Shown: positions 17,459 to 27,185 of the stretch, in pieces
Layout: each line of letters opens with the position of its first letter
Position numbering within the stretch: the stretch's first letter is position 1
Virus record (IMG/VR): IMGVR_UViG_3300044833_000066
Coordinates: 1-60,246 of that record
Length of the DNA stretch: 60,246 bases
DNA from: a virus
Lineage: Duplodnaviria > Caudoviricetes
Direction: 5' to 3' (one strand)
Position numbers and translations under genes: made by a program
Notes under the pieces: model-generated
The model's database searches: none
The model's input: the letters and a program-made list of their open reading frames with translations, nothing else
What the model was told of the DNA's origin: nothing

Positions 17459-17895
17459 GTTTGGTCTCCGATTGTGATGGATGTTAACCGCGCGATCATG
17501 CGCGGGCCGCGGGTACCGACCTGACGGTACCAAAGACTGTCAGCCAATTCCCCCGCCGCGCGCGCCCAGGACTGCGCTTGCATCGCGGCGAGAAATCTTC
17601 CGAACCCGGAAAACGTGGTCCAACCCATGTTGAAGCAGAGGTTGATCATCACCCGCTGCTGCGCCGGCGGCAGAGCGCGCCACCAGGGGATCTTGGCATC
17701 GAGCACGGCGCAGGCCTCGGCGACGTCGTTGCCGAACAAATAATCGATCTCTGCCCCCGACAGGCCCACACCGGTCAAGTTGCGGCCAATCCCGATGCTC
17801 AAGAATCCCCGGCTGTCGCTGTAGGGGAACGCCTTCCGCCCCTCATCGAGCGTCAGAGCGGCGCGCAGAGCGGCGGCATCGAACGTGTCGGTCAC
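17455..17895 (-). CDS. endolysin, GH24 (T4-like) lysozyme
   Basis: DEGRKAFPYSDSRGFLSIGIGRNL, NLCFNMG, DSLWYRQVGTRG; GTG start overlapping GH26 stop. Confidence 0.9.
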   Translation of the reverse strand: MTDTFDAAALRAALTLDEGRKAFPYSDSRGFLSIGIGRNLTGVGLSGAEIDYLFGNDVAEACAVLDAKIPWWRALPPAQQRVMINLCFNMGWTTFSGFGRFLAAMQAQSWARAAGELADSLWYRQVGTRGPRMIARLTSITIGDQT

Positions 17896-19319
17896 GGCCT
17901 GAGACCAGTGAGCCCTGCGCGAATCACCCCCAGCGTCACCACCACCGCATCGAGTTGCGCCTGCAACGTCAGATGCGTGACCGCCGGCGGCACCGGCACC
18001 GGCACCGGCGTCGGCGTTGGCGCGGGTGTCGGGGTAGGCGTAGGCGTCGGTGTGGGCGTTGGTGGTGCCGGATCGGCCGTCGGCAGGGTCGCGAACGGCC
18101 CGACCCAGGCCCCGGCGACATTCGACCACCAGGCGAGGCTGGTGGCGTCCTGGCCATAGATAACCCCCACAACGGCGGCCAGCTCAGCCGTGCCCGCCCC
18201 GCCGGCGACAACCGCACCGTTGAGCAGCACGTCCCCGGCCGCCGTCAGCGTCCAGGCCCGGCCCGCCGCATCGGTGACCGAGCCACCCGAGGTCCGGGTT
18301 AGAACGCCCGGCGTTGGGGTCGGTACAGGCGTGGGCGCTGGGGCTGGCGTGGGGGTCGGCGTAGGCGTGGGGCCGGTCCCGACGCTGGCGGAGAAATCCC
18401 CGCGGTTGGCAACGCGCGGGTCGTCCAAGGATGCCTGGGTGCCCTGCATGAGTTCCATGCCCCAGGGCGCCCACCATTGCTGCCACCATACCGCCTGCGG
18501 CATCTGGGCCTTGAGCGCAGCATTCAGCACACCCTGATTGAAGCCGCTATCCGCCGCGCCGGCACCGCCGCTGCCAAATTCAGACAAACAGACCGGCTTG
18601 CCCAAGGTCATCAGGATTTCATAATCCGGCGCGGCCGATGCGGGATCGGATGCGTAGAAGTCGAGCCCGGTCAGATCGACATAGGCATCGCCCGGGTAAC
18701 GATCGAGAGCGGGCATCCCGCTCATGCCGGCGTTGACGCTCCAGACCCACAGCAGGTTTTTGAGCGCTTTGGTTTTCGTGAAATAGTCGTGCACGAACTT
18801 CCACAGCGCGATGAACTGCGCGGCGGACAACACGCCAGCACCCCACCAGAACCAGTTGCCGTTCAGTTCATGCAGAATGCGCAGCATGACGGGCACGCCG
18901 GCAGCATCGAGTTCGGCCAGCCCCACCGCAACGCTGTCGAGCATGCGCAGCAGGGCGGTGTTCGTCGCCGTGCCGGGCGTGAGCAGGCCCGCCACGTCCA
19001 GTTTCGACGTGTCGCCGGAATAACCACCCGAGGTCGGGTTCGGCAGCGACAGGATCAAGGTGATCAGGCCGCCGTTTTTGGCGTAATCCAGCGCCGCGGC
19101 GTTGAATGTCGTGTCGGCGGTGGGCGAGGTGGAGCCGAACCACCAGTAATCGCCACCAATACCACCCAACCAGTTCCCGGTGTTGGACTGGATCTGCGCG
19201 ATGGCGCCACCCGGCTGAGTCTGTTTCAACCCCTGGATTTCGGTGAACTGGAAACTCAAGACCTGCTTGCCCTGGATGCGCTTGAACAGCGCCAGGACGC
19301 TCGCCGGTGTGGTGCTCAT
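17892..19319 (-). CDS. GH26 glycoside hydrolase (beta-mannanase-like) with Pro-Thr linkers
   Basis: LRILHELNGNWFWWG (acid/base E), YPGDAYVDLTGLDFY, GKPVCLSEFG (nucleophile E); two PT-repeat linkers. Confidence 0.9.
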   Translation of the reverse strand: MSTTPASVLALFKRIQGKQVLSFQFTEIQGLKQTQPGGAIAQIQSNTGNWLGGIGGDYWWFGSTSPTADTTFNAAALDYAKNGGLITLILSLPNPTSGGYSGDTSKLDVAGLLTPGTATNTALLRMLDSVAVGLAELDAAGVPVMLRILHELNGNWFWWGAGVLSAAQFIALWKFVHDYFTKTKALKNLLWVWSVNAGMSGMPALDRYPGDAYVDLTGLDFYASDPASAAPDYEILMTLGKPVCLSEFGSGGAGAADSGFNQGVLNAALKAQMPQAVWWQQWWAPWGMELMQGTQASLDDPRVANRGDFSASVGTGPTPTPTPTPAPAPTPVPTPTPGVLTRTSGGSVTDAAGRAWTLTAAGDVLLNGAVVAGGAGTAELAAVVGVIYGQDATSLAWWSNVAGAWVGPFATLPTADPAPPTPTPTPTPTPTPAPTPTPVPVPVPPAVTHLTLQAQLDAVVVTLGVIRAGLTGLRP

Positions 19320-19344
19320 ATGAATATTACCTAATGCTAAATGT

Positions 19345-20037
19345 TTATTTTGGTGGCGGCGCGATCGCGTCGAGGTGGCGCGACATGCTGTCCAAGCGCG
19401 CGACCAGATCGTCCACCCGCTTACTATCGATCCCGAGCGCCGGCGGCGTCGGCGGTGACACTGAGTGAAAAATCCCATACCCGCCAACAACGATCGCAAC
19501 AACCAGGGCTGCGACGGCAAGCATTGTCGCCTGATTACTCGCGCGCCCGGACCCTGCCCCCTCGCCGCGATCCAGCCGACGGTTGATGTCGGCGATTTTG
19601 TCGTCGGTGGCTTTGGTGTTACTTGCGAGTTGCGCCAATATCCCTTTGATCTGATCCGCCGTGGCCGCCTCGCTCTTGCCGATCGCTGCGGAATTCGCGG
19701 CGTTCTGCGCCCCGGCCGCCTCTTTCTGCGCTTGCAATGCGGCATTGACAGCGGTCACCGACGCCGCTTCAGACGCCGCCACACGCACGTCTCGCTCGCG
19801 AAACCGCGTCTCCACGCTGGTAAACTTTTCCCCGTGCAGACCGCGCAGATGGTCGATCTGCTTGTCCGTGTCAGTCGGCACTCGCGCGACATTGGACGCA
19901 AGCAGCTGTGCCGCTCTGTCCATCCCATCGAGCCGGATCTCGATGATTGACCGCAGCGATGCTAGTTCACGGTGCAGCTGCTCGGTCGTGAGGACGCTAG
20001 GATCGGGGACCGGGATGTTGTGCGGCTGGTCCGGCAC
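19345..20037 (-). CDS. coiled-coil protein with C-terminal TM segment
   Basis: Heptad-rich; MLAVAALVVAIVVGGYGIF TM. Confidence 0.75.
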   Translation of the reverse strand: MPDQPHNIPVPDPSVLTTEQLHRELASLRSIIEIRLDGMDRAAQLLASNVARVPTDTDKQIDHLRGLHGEKFTSVETRFRERDVRVAASEAASVTAVNAALQAQKEAAGAQNAANSAAIGKSEAATADQIKGILAQLASNTKATDDKIADINRRLDRGEGAGSGRASNQATMLAVAALVVAIVVGGYGIFHSVSPPTPPALGIDSKRVDDLVARLDSMSRHLDAIAPPPK

Positions 20038-20049
20038 AGGGAAACCTAT

Positions 20050-20418
20050 TCAGCGCAGACCATAGCCGCTGAACGGGTGTGCGCTATCCGACGAGATCAC
20101 CGACACCGGCCCGATGGAGCGCGCCAACTGATAGATAACTCCCGGCGCGATGCAGGTTGTGCTGCCCGCCGACGTAGTGCCAGAAGCGACGCCCGCCTCA
20201 TTGATGCAGAGGGTGATGGTTGCCGTCGTTGGATTTTGAATCCACCCGCCGGCGGTATGCTCCCCCGGCCCGAGCGCCACCACCGCGGTGCCGCCCGTGG
20301 TCACGGTCGAGATGTCGAGTGGATTGATTGTCAGCGGCGCGAAGGTTGTTTCGGTCGCAGCACGCGCCGTCGAGCCCAGCGCCAGCAGCGCCAGGCCGGT
20401 CACAAAGATGCGGTTCAT
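20050..20418 (-). CDS. secreted/virion hypothetical protein
   Basis: Sec-type signal peptide MNRIFVTGLALLALGSTARA; AAGGA SD. Confidence 0.75.
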   Translation of the reverse strand: MNRIFVTGLALLALGSTARAATETTFAPLTINPLDISTVTTGGTAVVALGPGEHTAGGWIQNPTTATITLCINEAGVASGTTSAGSTTCIAPGVIYQLARSIGPVSVISSDSAHPFSGYGLR

Positions 20419-20436
20419 GGGAAAGTCCTTTCGGGA

Positions 20437-23400
20437 TTACGGGCCAGGCGTCGGATACTTGCTCAAGTCGGGATGGCGGTGCTGCTCGACCAGCTTTAAA
20501 TTGCGATTTCGCTCGATCTGCTTCGTGATCAGCGGGATGGTGATGGTAGAGAGCCCATGCGTCACCGGCGCGAGAGCGACCCCAGCAGCGCCCAACAGCC
20601 CCTTGCGGCCCATCTCCATCATCAGTTGCGTGGTATCCGAACCGCGCGTCCGAGCTAGTTCCTGATCCGACGCCGAACGCGCGAGACGTTCGTGCAGCAG
20701 CATCAAATGATCCCATGTCGCCTGCGGGATATCCTTGGCCGGCGCATACGCGTTCGGCCCATGCCGCTCGAGCCAGAGGTTTTTCATGAACGTGTCGAAT
20801 TTGCCGAAGGTAATCACCCGGTCGGAGCCGTTGGTGATCTTCAACGCGCCTTCCGCCAGGCGTTGCCCGGCATTGATCGCCATCGATGCGTTCCGGTAGT
20901 TGTTCATCATCTCCCGGTACGCCTGTGCGCCGCCCATAATGACGCTATCGGTCAGCTTCAGCAGCGTCCCGAACTCACCGCGCACTTGCGCCAGCTTATC
21001 ATTCGTCGCCATCTCCTTCACCGTGCGCTGCATCTCCTGACGGATGCCATAGAGTTCGTGGGCGCCCAGGACGATCGGATCGCCATTGCCATCAGTCAGA
21101 AGTTTGACAAATGGCGCAAAAGCATCGCGCAGGTAGGAATTATACTTCTGGACCGGATCGTCGAAGATACCGTCAAAGTGCTGCACGAGCGGCTCTGTGC
21201 TGACCGGCGGCCCGTTCGGATCAGCGCCAAAGACCCGCCGTTCGTCCGCTTGCCATTGCGTCTGGCGCGTATCTGCCATAGTGCCGAGATTTTCAAATGA
21301 CGGCGTTACTTCATCAATATGACGATGATACACCTCGTTATTGGCTTTTTCATCCTCATTGAACCCCTCGCGGAATTCCATCCGCAAGCCCTTCGCTTCC
21401 CGCGAGAGCGACGGCGACTGTTCAATTTCCGCCTTCGTCTGGGGAGCACCCGGAATGATGTCCCGCGCGTCGCCAGGCTGCGGCGTTCGCATCAGGTCCG
21501 CCAACTCCATATCGGCCTGCTGGCCCCGGATCTCGCGCGCAGTGCGGCCGAATGCACCGGTCGGCGTGATAGCGGCGCCAGCCGGTGCGAGCGCAGGGGC
21601 GAGCGACGCGCCCGCAGAGACAGCGGCAGCCGGCGCCGGCGGTGGCGCAGATTGGACCTTACCGGCAACGGTGGCCGGCGCGACCGGCGCCGAGGCCTCA
21701 GCGATTGGCGTCTTGGCGTGGGCGGCCGCGGTCACCGTCGCCACGATATCAGCCGGCGCGATCGGCGGCTCGGCGTCGCCAAACAGCCCCGCAGCAGTCG
21801 AAGTCTTGCCGGCTTCGATGGCATAGCGCCGCAGGATATCGGCCACCAACGACCGCGACGCCGCCCCGGTCAGCGCCGGATTGGCAAACGCCCGCAGGAA
21901 GCCCGCAGTGACCGGATCGAGCGGGTTTAACACATCGCCCTGCCCCAGCGCGTCGCCGATGGTCTGCCCCTTCTCGCGCGCCTGGCGAACCATGTCGACC
22001 GCACGCGTCAGCTGCGCCGCGACGTTCATCTCGGGCGGCACCCGCCCGGCGGTAATCTCGGCCTGCAGCTGCGCCCAGGCCGGCGCCGCATCGGTCAGCG
22101 CCCCGGTCAGCGCCTTCGTCGTATCGTCGGTGCTTTCCAGCGAGCGCGAGAGCGTGCCCTTGTCGGCATAGGCCACCGACAACATCGCACCCTGCAGGCG
22201 ACGCACGCCATCTGCCGAGATAGCGCCATCCGCCCCCATAGCGGCGTTGCGCTCGCTTTCCGGCAGCGTGGCGACCCATGCCCGCACGAAACTCCGATTG
22301 CCGGCCGCAGTAGAACCGCCGGTCAGCAGCGGATTGTATTGCGCCAGCAGATCGGGCGTCAGGCTTTGCGCGTCGATCGCCGCCTGCTCAGTCCCCGACA
22401 TCCGCTGCGCGGTCGGGACATTGCTATCGACGGCGATTTGCCGCGCCTGCTCCGGCGGCATCGCATCAAGCCGCCGGATCAGCACCGGCTCGGTCATTCC
22501 CGAGGTATCGAAGCCATAGCGCTCGACCATCGCCCGATACGGATCGCCGTTGCCCATCGCATAGGCCTGCCGGATGGCCGCAGCGCGACCATTGCCGGCG
22601 AGCACCACGCCATCGGCGGAGACCGAGGGAGCGCCCTGGTCGGGCCCCACCGATGCATGCAACTGATCCGGATCGAGCGTGTTCGCTATTTTGAAGATTT
22701 GCCCGCTGGACGCCACACGCCCTGCGCGGTCACGCGGTTGCAGATCCCCGCTGGCCGGAATGAGGTCTGCCGCCTCAGCGACGTCGAAGCGATACGGCAC
22801 CTTCATGCCTGACGCCGTCGTCATCACCGGGTTGACTCCGGCACTGTCGGACGCCGCCGCCGCCGGCGGTTTGAACAAGTCGCCAAAGGACGGCACCGAG
22901 GACTCTGCCGCTGCCGCAGGCGCAGCGCCTGACGCCCCGCCAGACGGCGCCTGGGACGCCTGCGTGGCCGCTGCGATGGCGCTGTCGACGTCAGGTGCCC
23001 CCAGCACGTCCGAGATGCTCGCGGCAGCCCGCGTCGGACCCGGCCGAACGGCAGCACCGACCGCAGACGTTGCGCCATGCACGATCAGCCCGGTAAGGAA
23101 CCCGTCGATCGCAGCGTCGCCCGATCCCGCGAACACAGCCCGACCCGGATCATAGGTCTGCGAAGCGACGTAGTTCGACGCGATCGAGCCGAGCGAGTTA
23201 CCTGCCGCCATTTCGCCGCCGCGCTGGATATAATTCACCGCCACATTGGCAACCGTCTTCAGGAAACCAGTACGCAGGACCACCGGGATCAGCGGCAGCA
23301 CCTTGCTGAGTGGCACCGAATTCGCTGCCATATTCACCAGCGCCGCTTTGTCTCCCGCCGCGGCAGCCTCCGCCGGAGTCTTCCCCTTGGCGATCTCGCC

Positions 23401-24027
23401 GTCATAGGTATCGTTATAGCCCTGTGAGCCAGCCACCGCCGCGGCGGCTAGCATGCCGCCCACCGGCCCACCAACGGCGGTGCCAGCGGCACCAGCAGCC
23501 ATCGCAGGCAGCACGCCGCCGACCTGGCGGAGCACGCTGGTCTGGCGGCCCTCGAGATCCGGCCTGACCGGCATCGCCCCGGGCGCCCATGCCTGCATCG
23601 CTTCACCGGCGTTGACCACCGCGTTCGGCTGGCGCTTGGATATTTCGACATTCGCGGCGGTAAAGTCCGCCCGCGCCTCGGCGCGCTGGGCGGGCGAAAA
23701 ATACTGATAGCCGATGGTGTCGTGACCGTCGGGCACACCCTTACCCGCATCGATCGCATCCATCACCGCGAGTTGGCGCTGCACGCCTTCTGCGGCGGCG
23801 GCGACCGGCTGCCGACCGACGCCGGCGATCGCCGCGCCGGTGCCTTTGACCACCCCCTGACCGAACGCGTTCACGTCAGCGTTGGTCTGGGACTGGAACC
23901 CGACATCGGCATCGGACAGCAGCTTTGGCGCAGCGCCGAAGCCGACATCCGCATCAGAGAGCAGCGCCGGCCCAGGTGCGCCTGTGGTTGGCCCCGGCGC
24001 CGATGCAGTGGTTGCGTCGAGCGGCAT
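20437..24027 (-). CDS. large internal virion/ejection protein with DdrB-like ParB domain
   Basis: LQPRDR...IANTLDP...GAPSV..DGVVLAGNGR motif; last and largest gene of ejection cluster. Confidence 0.75.
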   Translation of the reverse strand: MPLDATTASAPGPTTGAPGPALLSDADVGFGAAPKLLSDADVGFQSQTNADVNAFGQGVVKGTGAAIAGVGRQPVAAAAEGVQRQLAVMDAIDAGKGVPDGHDTIGYQYFSPAQRAEARADFTAANVEISKRQPNAVVNAGEAMQAWAPGAMPVRPDLEGRQTSVLRQVGGVLPAMAAGAAGTAVGGPVGGMLAAAAVAGSQGYNDTYDGEIAKGKTPAEAAAAGDKAALVNMAANSVPLSKVLPLIPVVLRTGFLKTVANVAVNYIQRGGEMAAGNSLGSIASNYVASQTYDPGRAVFAGSGDAAIDGFLTGLIVHGATSAVGAAVRPGPTRAAASISDVLGAPDVDSAIAAATQASQAPSGGASGAAPAAAAESSVPSFGDLFKPPAAAASDSAGVNPVMTTASGMKVPYRFDVAEAADLIPASGDLQPRDRAGRVASSGQIFKIANTLDPDQLHASVGPDQGAPSVSADGVVLAGNGRAAAIRQAYAMGNGDPYRAMVERYGFDTSGMTEPVLIRRLDAMPPEQARQIAVDSNVPTAQRMSGTEQAAIDAQSLTPDLLAQYNPLLTGGSTAAGNRSFVRAWVATLPESERNAAMGADGAISADGVRRLQGAMLSVAYADKGTLSRSLESTDDTTKALTGALTDAAPAWAQLQAEITAGRVPPEMNVAAQLTRAVDMVRQAREKGQTIGDALGQGDVLNPLDPVTAGFLRAFANPALTGAASRSLVADILRRYAIEAGKTSTAAGLFGDAEPPIAPADIVATVTAAAHAKTPIAEASAPVAPATVAGKVQSAPPPAPAAAVSAGASLAPALAPAGAAITPTGAFGRTAREIRGQQADMELADLMRTPQPGDARDIIPGAPQTKAEIEQSPSLSREAKGLRMEFREGFNEDEKANNEVYHRHIDEVTPSFENLGTMADTRQTQWQADERRVFGADPNGPPVSTEPLVQHFDGIFDDPVQKYNSYLRDAFAPFVKLLTDGNGDPIVLGAHELYGIRQEMQRTVKEMATNDKLAQVRGEFGTLLKLTDSVIMGGAQAYREMMNNYRNASMAINAGQRLAEGALKITNGSDRVITFGKFDTFMKNLWLERHGPNAYAPAKDIPQATWDHLMLLHERLARSASDQELARTRGSDTTQLMMEMGRKGLLGAAGVALAPVTHGLSTITIPLITKQIERNRNLKLVEQHRHPDLSKYPTPGP

Positions 24028-25622
24028 TACTGCACCTCCCAACCATTCCCGCGCCAGATTCCAGCCTTGCCGTTCGGCAGCGGATAAGACTTGCCGACTT
24101 CACGCGCGGCAGGATCAGCCGGCGCGACGACCGGCGCAGCAGTAACCGGCTTCCAGTTGCCCGGCGCGTTCTTATCGCCGCCGGTGAAACTAGCCCCGTT
24201 TCGCACTTCGCCGATGAACGGCTGGCGGGTGAGTGGCTCGGGAGCCTGCGGAGCGATCAGTCTTTGGTAAGACGCGAATGCATCCGCATTCAATAAACCC
24301 AGCCCGGTTATTTTGGTCTTTTGCCCAGGCGTCCCATTGTTGATCTGATCTGCCACCGCTGTCAGGCGTCCGCGCAGCAGCACCGACAACTCTTTCATGG
24401 CGGTATTCTGTTGAACGGGCGATCCATTTACAGGGAAATTCTTTTCCCAACTGTCGAGGTCAGATTGAGTGCCCCCGCCAGAGCCGGCGTAAACCTTGCG
24501 CGCCTCCGATGCCAGCGCCGAAACCGTCTCTTGCAAAGAGAGCGGACGCGGCGATCCGGTCGCGTCCAGGACCGTGTTCCCAATCCAATTGAACGCCGGA
24601 ATCCTGCCGTTGTTGAGCGCGGCCGCATTTTCACGAAACTCACTCGCGTGCTGCATCACGGTATTTGCAGCGGTGATGCCGACGCCGAGCGGCCCATTGG
24701 CAACGCTCTCGCGCGTTCTGAGTGCAATCGGGTAATCGCCCGCATTATAACCTGGATTCATTTCCATAACGCGCGCCATGGTGTTGGCCGCACCGGGCGC
24801 CCTTAACCCCGTCCCGGTAATTGCCTCGGTTTGATAATTCGCAATGGCCGTTGCATTTGCTTCAATCGTCTTCGGACTAATCATCGTCCCCTTGGCGACC
24901 GCCATTCTGTTTTCAACCTCGGCCGCCCTTTGCCCTGCCGTCAGGTATTTGGTCGTCGGATCGGTAGCGACATCCTGAGCGATGGCATAACGCGATGACT
25001 CCTCAGAACCCGCCATCGGAAACCCGAGGGCTTTTCTCACCAGCGGATTGTCCATCGGGGAGACCGATGCTGCGCCCGATACCGCGCCGCCGGCAGCGGA
25101 GCCTGTCGTCTGCGGTGAAGCGCCACCCAATGGCGGCACGACGCTGCCGTCCGCTGCAACCCCGCCGCCCGCCCGCGGCCCTGGCAATGCCGCCGAGCCG
25201 CCGGCCGCCCCGCCAGACGCCGGCGCCGCATCGCCAGGTAATGGGACGCCGAGAGCCCGGAGCAGCTTGATGGTTTCGGGTGGCGCATTAATGGTCGCCT
25301 GCGTGCGCGCCATCGCACCCGCCTCGGTCGCCGCCGTGTTGGCAGCGGTGCCGGCGATGGTCGCGAGGTTGCGCGTATTGGCGCCCGTCTGTTCGGTTGC
25401 AACATTCGCGGCCGTAGCGGTCTGTGCCTTTTCAGCCGCCGCCGCCGCGATCACGCCGCCCGACGCCTGCAGCCCGGTCTCGCGCGTCGTCGCCAGCTGA
25501 TCAGCTAGCACCGCCGATTGATTGGCGAGGGTCGCCTTCTGCTGCTCCAACCCTGCCTGGCCGGCGAACGCCGAAACGCCTGCACCGAGGGACGAGAGAC
25601 CGTTCATCAGCGAAAAAGCCAT
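24027..25622 (-). CDS. putative ejection (DNA transfer) protein
   Basis: Ala/Gly-rich amphipathic N-terminus; position in podovirus internal-protein cluster. Confidence 0.65.
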   Translation of the reverse strand: MAFSLMNGLSSLGAGVSAFAGQAGLEQQKATLANQSAVLADQLATTRETGLQASGGVIAAAAAEKAQTATAANVATEQTGANTRNLATIAGTAANTAATEAGAMARTQATINAPPETIKLLRALGVPLPGDAAPASGGAAGGSAALPGPRAGGGVAADGSVVPPLGGASPQTTGSAAGGAVSGAASVSPMDNPLVRKALGFPMAGSEESSRYAIAQDVATDPTTKYLTAGQRAAEVENRMAVAKGTMISPKTIEANATAIANYQTEAITGTGLRAPGAANTMARVMEMNPGYNAGDYPIALRTRESVANGPLGVGITAANTVMQHASEFRENAAALNNGRIPAFNWIGNTVLDATGSPRPLSLQETVSALASEARKVYAGSGGGTQSDLDSWEKNFPVNGSPVQQNTAMKELSVLLRGRLTAVADQINNGTPGQKTKITGLGLLNADAFASYQRLIAPQAPEPLTRQPFIGEVRNGASFTGGDKNAPGNWKPVTAAPVVAPADPAAREVGKSYPLPNGKAGIWRGNGWEVQ

Positions 25623-25771
25623 CAGGCCGCTCCTGGCTTTTCTTTCGCAGCCGCTTCAATGGCGCGAGCAAGGAGTCGCTCTATCTCTGGCGCCACCTTG
25701 CCTGCCGGATCAGCGCGGCTTGCAAGCATCCGCGCCATGTAGAACAACAGATCACGTTCAGCTTCGTTCAT
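25622..25771 (-). CDS. 49-aa hypothetical protein
   Basis: GGAGG SD; stop overlaps next ATG. Confidence 0.5.
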   Translation of the reverse strand: MNEAERDLLFYMARMLASRADPAGKVAPEIERLLARAIEAAAKEKPGAA

Positions 25772-25800
25772 CACGACAAACAGCCTCCAATGGAGCTGAT

Positions 25801-26001
25801 ATGCAGCCAGTGTCTCATGCCATATACCACGAACACACGGCCGCAATTCGGCAACTCCAAGCCGAGATGGACGACTTGCGAAGACGGCAACAACAAGCCG
25901 AAGAATCGCGAATATCGCGGCAAACAGATATCATAGTGGCGGTGGCAATCGTCTTGTCTGTCGGCAGCTTGGCTATCACCATCTGGCGGTACTTATGGTA
26001 A
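25801..26001 (+). CDS. small coiled-coil + TM protein (moron-like)
   Basis: GGAG SD; MQPVSH...IIVAVAIVLSVGSLAITIWRYLW; antisense to late operon. Confidence 0.6.
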   Translation: MQPVSHAIYHEHTAAIRQLQAEMDDLRRRQQQAEESRISRQTDIIVAVAIVLSVGSLAITIWRYLW

Positions 26002-26577
26002 TCATGCCGCTCCCATGTGCTGACGGACATTGGCGACGTAGTTCGGATCGCCGCCGCCATTGAAACTTTTGAGCGCCGCATCAACCGCAGCCGGGTCGTT
26101 GAAGTTCACGTTGCCGGCTTTGGCTCGCATGTAATCTGCCGCGAATCCGATATTCACCGCTGGATCCTTCAGCGTTGCCGGATCGATGCCTGGAAGGCCG
26201 TAGCCCGGATTGGCCGCGGTTGATGGCTTGACCTGGTGAATGCCGATTTCCCCGGCCGAACCGACAGCGTCAGCATTAAACCCGCTCTCCTGTTTGCCCT
26301 GCGCAATCAGCACATCGACCGGGATGCCGGTACGCTTGGCCGCCGCCTGGTAGATGGGCAGGAGGTCGGGTGGCACGTTCGCGGGCGTTGCGGACGCGAG
26401 CGCCGCCTGCGCCGCTTGTGCCGGAGCGGACGGCGCCGGCGGTGTGGACTCTGGTGACGCCGCCGGCGCGCTGCTCAACAATGGCGCTCGGACCTGCGCC
26501 GCGGCATCCTTTGCCGCGTTGTCGGCGAAGGCGTTGAGACCGGAGCCCAGCGCCGAGAAGCCGTTAATCAAACTCAC
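26002..26577 (-). CDS. virion-associated lytic transglycosylase (SLT)
   Basis: QESGFNADAVGSAGEIGIHQV, DPAVNI, FNGG motifs. Confidence 0.9.
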   Translation of the reverse strand: MSLINGFSALGSGLNAFADNAAKDAAAQVRAPLLSSAPAASPESTPPAPSAPAQAAQAALASATPANVPPDLLPIYQAAAKRTGIPVDVLIAQGKQESGFNADAVGSAGEIGIHQVKPSTAANPGYGLPGIDPATLKDPAVNIGFAADYMRAKAGNVNFNDPAAVDAALKSFNGGGDPNYVANVRQHMGAA

Positions 26578-27185
26578 GGCGCGCCACTACCGCCGCCGTC
26601 AACCAGCCCAGGCGGTCCGCCCGGCAGCGGCGTCGGCTGGCTCGCATCAGGGCTCTTTACGAAGCCCGCCTTGCGATTGATTAACTCCATTTTACCTGGG
26701 TCTTGCGTGATCTTATGAACGTTCGTCGCCGCGGTTTGCAGCATTTTCGGCGTGATGCCGAGTTTATGGAACAACGTGTTTGTAAAAATCGTCGTCGCGC
26801 GGTCTAGGTCGGGCTCAGCGATTTTGGCGATCCTGGCCCGATCGATGAAGTCCAGGCCGTGGAACATCAGAGTCATGCCCGCCGGGACGCCTGCCTTCAT
26901 AGGCATGACGCCTTTGCTTTCTTTCCGCATGATCAGCAGCAGCGCAACCGCGCCGGTGGCGCAATCGGAAACAGGATCTCGGCTGTTGCGCAGCTTCCCC
27001 ATGAAGCCGTCTGGCCCTTTATCGAGCGCAATATGTAATCCCGCCACGACGATCTTCATATAATTCTGATGCGTGGCCGGATCGGCGATGTTGGCCTCGA
27101 GTTTTTCCTCAGCTTGCTCGAGCAGTGGGTTGTTAATGCCGCTTTTTGACGGGGTTGTTGTTGGGCCGTTGATGATGCCGCTCAT
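26574..27185 (-). CDS. putative internal virion protein
   Basis: Coupled ORF in ejection cluster. Confidence 0.65.
   Translation of the reverse strand: MSGIINGPTTTPSKSGINNPLLEQAEEKLEANIADPATHQNYMKIVVAGLHIALDKGPDGFMGKLRNSRDPVSDCATGAVALLLIMRKESKGVMPMKAGVPAGMTLMFHGLDFIDRARIAKIAEPDLDRATTIFTNTLFHKLGITPKMLQTAATNVHKITQDPGKMELINRKAGFVKSPDASQPTPLPGGPPGLVDGGGSGAP

Noticed and set aside
16861-20037. Definite holin/spanin assignment
   Set aside because: Several membrane proteins flank the lysozyme, but none shows a recognisable holin family or a lipobox-bearing o-spanin
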